Source: Escherichia phage vB_EcoM-CHD16UKE1. Taken from it: 64,000 nt of DNA. Shown here one piece after another: positions 58,008-64,000 of this stretch. The first letter of the stretch is position 1, and each line of letters starts with the position of its first letter. The stretch lies in sequence record MZ234030.1, one strand, 5' to 3'. Under the pieces are notes generated by a model. That model worked only from the letters and a program-made list of their open reading frames with translations. It had not been told where the DNA came from and ran no database searches. The position numbers and the translations under genes were made by a program.

Positions 58008-59336
58008 ATGCAACTGAATAATCGTGATTTAAAAAGTATCATTGATAATGAAGCATTGGCTTATGCTATGTACACGGTTGAAAATCGTGCCATTCCAAAT
58101 ATGATTGACGGATTTAAGCCAGTTCAACGATTTGTTATTGCTCGAGCTCTTGATTTGGCACGAGGAAATAAAGATAAGTTTCACAAACTCGCTTCTATCG
58201 CAGGCGGTGTAGCGGACCTTGGATATCATCATGGTGAAAACTCTGCGCAAGACGCAGGTGCTTTGATGGCTAACACTTGGAATAATAACTTTCCTCTGTT
58301 AGACGGTCAAGGAAACTTTGGTTCTCGTACTGTCCAAAAGGCAGCAGCAAGTCGTTATATTTTTGCTCGTGTAAGTAAAAATTTCTATAACGTATATAAA
58401 GATACTGAATATGCTCCAGTACATCAAGATAAAGAACACATTCCGCCTGCTTTCTATTTGCCTATTATTCCTACTGTTCTTCTTAATGGCGTTTCCGGTA
58501 TTGCAACTGGTTATGCAACTTACATTCTTCCTCATAGTGTTTCTTCTGTCAAGAAAGCTGTACTGCAAGCTCTTCAAGGAAAGAAAGTAACTAAACCGAA
58601 GGTAGAATTCCCAGAATTTCGTGGTGAAGTCGTTGAAATTGATGGGCAATATGAAATTCGTGGAACATATAAGTTTACTTCACGAACTCAAATGCATATC
58701 ACTGAGATTCCATATAAGTATGATCGTGAAACTTATGTGAGTAAAATCTTAGACCCGCTTGAAGATAAAGGCTTCATTACATGGGATGATGCTTGTGGTG
58801 AGCATGGCTTTGGCTTCAAAGTTAAATTCCGAAAAGAATACTCTTTGAGCGATAATGAAGAAGAACGCCATGCAAAAATTATGAAAGACTTCGGACTGAT
58901 TGAGCGTCGTTCTCAGAATATTACAGTCATTAATGAGAAAGGAAAGCTGCAAGTTTACGATAACGTAGTTGATTTAATCAAAGACTTCGTTGAAGTTCGT
59001 AAAACTTATGTCCAAAAACGAATTGATAACAAAATCAAAGAAACTGAATCAGCATTTCGTTTAGCTTTTGCCAAGGCACATTTCATTAAGAAAGTAATTT
59101 CAGGTGAAATTGTTGTACAAGGTAAAACTCGCAAAGAACTGACCGAAGAACTTTCTAAAATTGATATGTATTCTTCTTATGTTGATAAACTAGTTGGAAT
59201 GAACATTTTTCATATGACTTCCGACGAAGCAAAGAAACTTGCTGAAGAAGCTAAAGCCAAAAAAGAAGAAAACGAATATTGGAAAACTACTGATGTAGTT
59301 ACAGAATACACCAAAGATTTAGAGGAAATCAAATGA
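58008..59336 (+). CDS. 52: DNA topoisomerase II medium subunit gp52 (GyrA-like), 442 aa
   Basis: ORF track; length matches T4 gp52. Confidence 0.85.
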   Translation: MQLNNRDLKSIIDNEALAYAMYTVENRAIPNMIDGFKPVQRFVIARALDLARGNKDKFHKLASIAGGVADLGYHHGENSAQDAGALMANTWNNNFPLLDGQGNFGSRTVQKAAASRYIFARVSKNFYNVYKDTEYAPVHQDKEHIPPAFYLPIIPTVLLNGVSGIATGYATYILPHSVSSVKKAVLQALQGKKVTKPKVEFPEFRGEVVEIDGQYEIRGTYKFTSRTQMHITEIPYKYDRETYVSKILDPLEDKGFITWDDACGEHGFGFKVKFRKEYSLSDNEEERHAKIMKDFGLIERRSQNITVINEKGKLQVYDNVVDLIKDFVEVRKTYVQKRIDNKIKETESAFRLAFAKAHFIKKVISGEIVVQGKTRKELTEELSKIDMYSSYVDKLVGMNIFHMTSDEAKKLAEEAKAKKEENEYWKTTDVVTEYTKDLEEIK

Positions 59337-59482
59337 GTCCATTCATTGGTATCACAAGCGCTGCATTAGTATCTGGTGGCATTTTACTGGCGGGTTTAGG
59401 TGTTGTTCCTGCCGTAGCAGGAGGTCTTCTTGCGTTCGGAATTCAACGTGTTATCATGACAGTTATCACAGTCATGCAGTAA
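59333..59482 (+). CDS. small membrane protein (49 aa; ac-like position)
   Basis: ATG 59333 overlapping gene 52 stop to TAA 59480-59482. Confidence 0.35.
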   Translation: MSPFIGITSAALVSGGILLAGLGVVPAVAGGLLAFGIQRVIMTVITVMQ

Positions 59483-59487
59483 TTTTA

Positions 59488-59513
59488 GGGAGAGCCGAGG
59501 CTCTCCCTTTTTT
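59488..59513 (+). terminator. intrinsic terminator (GGGAGAGC-CGAG-GCUCUCCC + T6)
   Basis: gggagagccgaggctctcccttttttatt. Confidence 0.65.
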
Positions 59514-59538
59514 ATTTCAAAAATTTTTTCACAAAATG

Positions 59539-59568
59539 GTTTACAACCAAAGCATACTGTGGTACTAT
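59539..59568 (+). promoter_or_regulatory. T4-type early promoter with conserved leader
   Basis: gtttacaaccaaagcatactgtggtactat. Confidence 0.55.
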
Positions 59569-59617
59569 ACAACTATCAAATAAATGAACTGAAACAAACA
59601 ACCCGGAGATACAAAAA

Positions 59618-59845
59618 ATGAAATTTAAAATCGAAAACGAAATCGTTAAAGCTAAAAATGCTCTGACTGCTAACAAACTGGTTGTAGATGGTATTGAATA
59701 TGATATCTGTGGAGTTCGTGAAGAAAAACCTGGTGTTCTGACTTTCTTCACAATGATTTTTAAATTTAAAGGTGACACAGAATTCAAACAGTTTGATTTT
59801 GCCCATGAAGACGAAATCGAAGTTCGTAATCTGAACATTAAGTAA
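59618..59845 (+). CDS. hypothetical protein (75 aa)
   Basis: ORF track. Confidence 0.4.
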   Translation: MKFKIENEIVKAKNALTANKLVVDGIEYDICGVREEKPGVLTFFTMIFKFKGDTEFKQFDFAHEDEIEVRNLNIK

Positions 59846-59884
59846 GTACTTTATTAGAGCTCTTGAAAAAGAGTGCAAAAAAGT

Positions 59885-59914
59885 GTTTACTTCTGCTTTA
59901 AACATGATACTATA
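59885..59914 (+). promoter_or_regulatory. T4-type early promoter upstream of motA
   Basis: gtttacttctgctttaaacatgatactata. Confidence 0.5.
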
Positions 59915-59950
59915 GACCTATCAAATAAATGAACTGAAACGGAGATTAAA

Positions 59951-60586
59951 ATGTCTAAAGTAACTTACATCATCAAAGCTTCTAACGATGTTCTGAATGA
60001 AAAAACTGCTGCGATTTTAATTACCATTGCTAAGAAAGATTTCATTACAGCTGCAGAAGTTCGTGAGGTGCATCCAGATTTAGGTAACGCAGTAGTTAAT
60101 AGTAATATTGGGGTATTGATTAAAAAAGGCCTGGTGGAGAAATCTGGTGATGGATTAATCATTACAGGTGAAGCTCAAGATATTATTTCAAACGCAGCAA
60201 CTTTATACGCGCAGGAAAATGCTCCGGAACTACTGAAAAAACGAGCAACTCGTAAAGCTCGTGAGATTACTTCTGATATGGAAGAAGATAAAGACCTCAT
60301 GTTAAAACTTTTAGATGAAAATGGATTTGTTCTTAAAAAGGTTGAAACTTATCGTAGTAATTATCTTGCCATTTTAGAAAAACGCACTCACGGAATTCGT
60401 AATTTTGAAATTAACAATAATGGAAATATGCGAATTTTTGGATACAAAATGATGGAACATCATATTCAGAAATTTACTGATATCGGAATGTCATGTAAAA
60501 TCGCTAAAAACGGTAATGTGTATCTTGACATTAAACGCTCGGCAGAAAACATTGAAGCTGTAATCACTGTAGCATCTGAACTGTGA
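59951..60586 (+). CDS. motA: middle-transcription activator MotA (211 aa)
   Basis: ORF track; length and sequence match recalled T4 MotA. Confidence 0.85.
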   Translation: MSKVTYIIKASNDVLNEKTAAILITIAKKDFITAAEVREVHPDLGNAVVNSNIGVLIKKGLVEKSGDGLIITGEAQDIISNAATLYAQENAPELLKKRATRKAREITSDMEEDKDLMLKLLDENGFVLKKVETYRSNYLAILEKRTHGIRNFEINNNGNMRIFGYKMMEHHIQKFTDIGMSCKIAKNGNVYLDIKRSAENIEAVITVASEL

Positions 60587-60596
60587 GGAATAAATA

Positions 60597-60926
60597 ATGA
60601 ACAAGTTAGAAATTGTCAATGAACTTCGTCGTTGTGTAGAACCTACTCAAGAGGGTTGGGACATCTGGTACCATGGAGCTTATCTTGGAACTATCGTAAA
60701 GATTAAGACTGGTAAATACATGATTATTCGTGAAAGTAAAGATGCTCCAGTAGGTATTCGCAATAATTTTATGGCAGCGATAAGTTCATTTACGGATGCA
60801 GCTTACGAAATTTACCTTGCTGATTATAAAGAATTTCAGGAATCTCAACCAGTTATTCGTTCAATTGGTGTTAACAAAGCTCAACAGAAAACTTTATGGC
60901 AACGTATTAAAGGATGGTTTAAATGA
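60597..60926 (+). CDS. hypothetical protein (109 aa)
   Basis: ORF track. Confidence 0.4.
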   Translation: MNKLEIVNELRRCVEPTQEGWDIWYHGAYLGTIVKIKTGKYMIIRESKDAPVGIRNNFMAAISSFTDAAYEIYLADYKEFQESQPVIRSIGVNKAQQKTLWQRIKGWFK

Positions 60927-61384
60927 ACCCATTTATTAATCGTTTAAAAATGCTGAATGTTCCTTTATGTCGTGAAACTCCAGAAAGTCTTGTTGAAAAA
61001 TTTAAAGCGCATGGTTATAAATGCACAGAAGAAGATATTCTAAAAGAAGTTCCTGAAATCTGTTGGCAGACCGCATACTGGGATGAAAACCAAAAGTATC
61101 AACGACGAATTGTTTGTGCCGCCAACCGTTTTAAATTAAAAGATGGACGAACTCTTGTTATTCCAGGTGCTCGTCATTATTCTAAAGATATGGCAGAAGT
61201 TTTAGATGTAGTTAAACCCCAATTAGTTACTCAGCAAGTTTGTGATGATGACCAAGGGTTTATTGATCAGTATAGCAATTACTGGACACGTGAAGAAGCA
61301 ATGATTATTGCAACTTACGCTGGACAAGTGCGTATTGAACGTGGTGGTAGTGAAAAAGAACTTTACTCTGAGGACCTTTACTAA
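60923..61384 (+). CDS. hypothetical protein (153 aa)
   Basis: ORF track. Confidence 0.4.
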   Translation: MNPFINRLKMLNVPLCRETPESLVEKFKAHGYKCTEEDILKEVPEICWQTAYWDENQKYQRRIVCAANRFKLKDGRTLVIPGARHYSKDMAEVLDVVKPQLVTQQVCDDDQGFIDQYSNYWTREEAMIIATYAGQVRIERGGSEKELYSEDLY

Positions 61385-61680
61385 TGAATATTAAAAAGTT
61401 TCAAATTGATGGAATTAAGAATCAAATCCAGGCGTTGGAATATGCCAATAAAATGATGTCAACTAATTGGGGAATTTATGCCAATGAACCGGCATTTCAG
61501 TTCTGTGATATGGAATTCACTAAAAAGCTCGTAGGAAAAGATTATGTATGTCCATTTAGTTATCCAGTAAATGGAATGCTAAAACTTGCTTTACGCGATC
61601 TTTATATTGCGATGAACGAAGAGATGATAAAAGAGCTAAAACGCCAACTGAAGGTGATTCAAATTGGCCAGGGAAATTAA
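61384..61680 (+). CDS. hypothetical protein (98 aa)
   Basis: ORF track. Confidence 0.4.
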   Translation: MNIKKFQIDGIKNQIQALEYANKMMSTNWGIYANEPAFQFCDMEFTKKLVGKDYVCPFSYPVNGMLKLALRDLYIAMNEEMIKELKRQLKVIQIGQGN

Positions 61681-61882
61681 TTCAAAATCCGATTATTTTA
61701 ATTCTCTCAACGATAAAGATAAAAATCTAATACGGCATTTTATTGTTGAGATGGGATATACCGATACACGCGATTTAAGAGAACATATATTTGAATGTGG
61801 TGTAGCTAAAAAGTTTTCATTCACATGCAAATGTTTAAGAGAGGTAATTCAGCACTATGAACAATTTAGTCGCAAAGCATAA
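61664..61882 (+). CDS. hypothetical protein (72 aa)
   Basis: ORF track. Confidence 0.35.
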   Translation: MAREINSKSDYFNSLNDKDKNLIRHFIVEMGYTDTRDLREHIFECGVAKKFSFTCKCLREVIQHYEQFSRKA

Positions 61883-61965
61883 TTTTAATAAAGCTTCTGT
61901 TCATAAGGATAAGAAGAAAGCGTTTAAAGAATCTAATCGCAAACAGAAACATAAGGGGAAGGTCT

Positions 61966-62244
61966 ATGATTATTGATTCTCAGTCTGTGGTTCAATACAC
62001 AATCAAAATTGATATTCTAGAAAAGCTATATAAGTTTCTACCAAATTTATACCACTCAATTGTTAATGAATTAGTTGAAGAACTACATCTTGAGAATAAT
62101 GATTTCTTGATTGGAACTTATAAAGACCTCTCAAAAGCAGGATATTTTTACGTAATTCCAGCTCCAGGAAAAAGTATTGATGATGTATTAGAAACTATAA
62201 TGATTTATGTCCATGATTACGAAATTGAAGATTATTTCGAATGA
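61966..62244 (+). CDS. arn: Arn-like protein (92 aa; anti-restriction against McrBC in T4)
   Basis: ORF track; 92 aa; position between motA and asiA. Confidence 0.5.
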   Translation: MIIDSQSVVQYTIKIDILEKLYKFLPNLYHSIVNELVEELHLENNDFLIGTYKDLSKAGYFYVIPAPGKSIDDVLETIMIYVHDYEIEDYFE

Positions 62245-62344
62245 GTCATAATCTTGAAATGGTAATCGAGCATAATGTAGCTCAGGAACGCGAGTCGTTC
62301 AAGGAATTCGTAGAAAAAATTTTTGAAGAAAATAACACAGACCA

Positions 62345-62374
62345 GTTTACAAATCAAGCGTCTGATGATATTAT
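62345..62374 (+). promoter_or_regulatory. T4-type early promoter upstream of asiA
   Basis: gtttacaaatcaagcgtctgatgatattat. Confidence 0.55.
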
Positions 62375-62405
62375 AATAAAGTCAACTAATTGAGTGGTAT
62401 AGTTA

Positions 62406-62678
62406 ATGAATAAAAACATTGATACAGTTCGTGAAATTATTACTGTTGCATCTATTTTGATTAAATTTTCCAGAGAAGATATTGTTGAGAATCGTGCTAA
62501 TTTTATTGCATTTCTTAATGAGATTGGAGTAACGCATGAAGGTAGAAAGTTAAATCAGAATTCATTTCGTAAAATTGTTTCTGAATTAACTCAAGAAGAT
62601 AAGAAAACCCTCATCGACGAATTCAACGAGGGTTTTGAGGGTGTATATCGATATCTAGAAATGTATACGAACAAATAA
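62406..62678 (+). CDS. asiA: anti-sigma70 factor AsiA (90 aa)
   Basis: ORF track; sequence and length match recalled T4 AsiA. Confidence 0.85.
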   Translation: MNKNIDTVREIITVASILIKFSREDIVENRANFIAFLNEIGVTHEGRKLNQNSFRKIVSELTQEDKKTLIDEFNEGFEGVYRYLEMYTNK

Positions 62679-63335
62679 TTATTTAGCCCTTCCTAATATT
62701 CTGGCCGCCTGAGCACATATTGATTCAAGGCGGTCATTACTTATATGATCATTTCTATACCAGTACATGGTTATCGTTCCAGCATAGATATTATCCAAAT
62801 TAAAATATGGACAACTGTACATGTAGTTTATTTCGGGAGTAGGCTTTTTAGTTGGTAAAAAAGCAAATTTTGAGTCGGAATAATAATGACGTCCATTTAA
62901 ATGAACTGTATATTCATCCATAGTTTTATCAACAGGATATCCTCCAAGTGATTTTTCACTTATTGTTGAAGGTAATTTTCCTTCATATGCTATAATATCA
63001 ACAAAATAGTTTAAGTTTTTAGGGCGGAAAGAATACACCGCACTAAAGTCTGCCTCAGATGATATATGAACTATCTGGAGTTGTTCCAGGGCGACAGATT
63101 CAAAGCGTGCATTTCTTTCCTTTTCAATAATTTCACTGTATGTTTCATACTTTGATTGCTTATAGTACTCAAAGAAACTATCTCCCCTATACCAAACAAT
63201 CGCCATCATAAATAAAAGAATTACGACAGCTACCCGGGAAGCAAGAACTTTCCCGGTAGCGTTATCTTTGAACAAGCGATCTAGAACACCAAATAGAATA
63301 TCAGAGGGCGAAAATGATATTCTAGGTGCTGCCAT
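62679..63335 (-). CDS. t: holin T (218 aa)
   Basis: ORF track; single TM near N-terminus, large periplasmic domain; length matches T4 T. Confidence 0.85.
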   Translation of the reverse strand: MAAPRISFSPSDILFGVLDRLFKDNATGKVLASRVAVVILLFMMAIVWYRGDSFFEYYKQSKYETYSEIIEKERNARFESVALEQLQIVHISSEADFSAVYSFRPKNLNYFVDIIAYEGKLPSTISEKSLGGYPVDKTMDEYTVHLNGRHYYSDSKFAFLPTKKPTPEINYMYSCPYFNLDNIYAGTITMYWYRNDHISNDRLESICAQAARILGRAK

Positions 63336-63353
63336 AGACCCTCCTTTTAGGGG

Positions 63354-63361
63354 TATTTATT
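63354..63361 (-). promoter_or_regulatory. late-promoter-like box (AATAAATA) between gene 38 stop and t start
   Basis: reverse complement of tatttatt. Confidence 0.35.
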
Positions 63362-63366
63362 CAAAA

Positions 63367-63954
63367 TTATACTCTTGGACCATATATTACTCCAACATTT
63401 TGCCAAGTTGGAGCAGATCCTATGACAGCATAACCTGCTGCTCCTCCTGCACCAACCTTTAGAACTTTACCACCATCAGACCAGGCATTTTGTCCATTTC
63501 CTCCGGCATCGCCGCCCTGGCCAGAGTGAGCATTTCCGTATTGGTAACCACCTCCTGGGGCGACGTATGAAGCTGCGCCACCTGAGTAACCACCGCCACC
63601 ACCTGGGCCAAATGGTCTTCCGCCGCCACCACCAATATCTTGCCAGTCTGCCCCTGAGTGAACACGGTAAGCAATGCCGCCACCACCGCCTCCGCCACCA
63701 CAGATTACTCCACCATTGTTAATTCTTAATCGTCCACCAATGTCGTTTTGAATACAATGCCCGCCTTGTTGTCCATTACCATCTCCACCGGAATGAGTCC
63801 ATCCACCTTGTCCACCTCTACCCCACATATGAGCGCCAATAATATTTAACTGAACATATTCATTTGGTGTATCTCCGTACATGAAGAATAAAGGAACATC
63901 TTTAGAGAACATATTCATTTGGTGTATCTCCGTACATGAAGAATAAAGGAACAT
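63367..63954 (-). CDS. 38: gp38 receptor-recognising adhesin, glycine-rich C-terminal domain ORF (195 aa), T2-type
   Basis: ORF track; polyglycine motifs; [20 protein letters not shown] and [19 protein letters not shown] blocks as recalled from T2 gp38. Confidence 0.7.
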   Translation of the reverse strand: MFLYSSCTEIHQMNMFSKDVPLFFMYGDTPNEYVQLNIIGAHMWGRGGQGGWTHSGGDGNGQQGGHCIQNDIGGRLRINNGGVICGGGGGGGGIAYRVHSGADWQDIGGGGGRPFGPGGGGGYSGGAASYVAPGGGYQYGNAHSGQGGDAGGNGQNAWSDGGKVLKVGAGGAAGYAVIGSAPTWQNVGVIYGPRV

Positions 63955-63961
63955 CTTTAGA
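63852..63961 (-). repeat. perfect 55-bp direct tandem duplication (2 copies) at the 5' end of the gene 38 ORF
   Basis: identical units at 63852-63906 and 63907-63961; flanks do not extend the match. Confidence 0.9.
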
Positions 63962-64000
63962 AATCACCTGTAATATTAAACACTATAGGTGCATTACCTG
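63957..64000 (-). CDS. 3' end of upstream ORF (...[13 protein letters not shown]), gp38 N-terminal domain fragment or gp37 C-terminus; truncated by window
   Basis: only open minus-strand frame at window edge; stop TAA at plus 63957-63959 inside distal repeat copy. Confidence 0.4.
   Translation of the reverse strand, partial: GNAPIVFNITGDF

Noticed and set aside
63460-63700. Low-complexity GGN repeat tract as a non-coding simple repeat
   Set aside because: It lies in frame within the gp38 ORF and encodes the polyglycine motifs typical of T2-type adhesins.

Overview
This window reads as a contiguous segment of a T4-like (T-even, Tevenvirinae) myovirus genome, oriented opposite to the conventional T4 map so that the early and middle genes lie on the + strand. 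Gene calls rest on the supplied ORF track plus my recollection of T4 protein lengths, motifs and gene order; no database search was run, so every identity is recall or inference. Order on +: P-loop NTPase and a coiled-coil paralogue array (nrdC-upstream region), nrdC, pin, 49, nrdD, nrdG, 55, a-gt, 47, 46, rpbA, 45, 44, 62, regA, 43, imm, 42, two glycosyltransferases, uvsX, 40, 41, dmd, sp, 61, dam, 56, soc, modB, modA, dda, dexA, 39, rIIA, rIIB, denB, ndd, 52, motA, arn, asiA. The late genes t (holin) and 38 (adhesin) are on the - strand at the right end. About 17 T4-type early promoters, a few MotA-box middle promoters, late TATAAATA boxes and many UUCG-tetraloop hairpins are visible. Differences from T4 proper: gene 39 is one 605-aa ORF (no gene 60), nrdD has no intron, and gp38 is the T2-type glycine-rich adhesin. 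The most notable observations are a perfect 55-bp tandem duplication that creates the start of the gene 38 receptor-binding ORF, an extra GT-A glycosyltransferase coupled between gene 42 and beta-gt, a PD-(D/E)xK-like ORF overlapping the start of dam, a tandem four-member coiled-coil paralogue array, and several promoter-cassette-flanked insertions. No tRNA, rRNA or CRISPR features were found.
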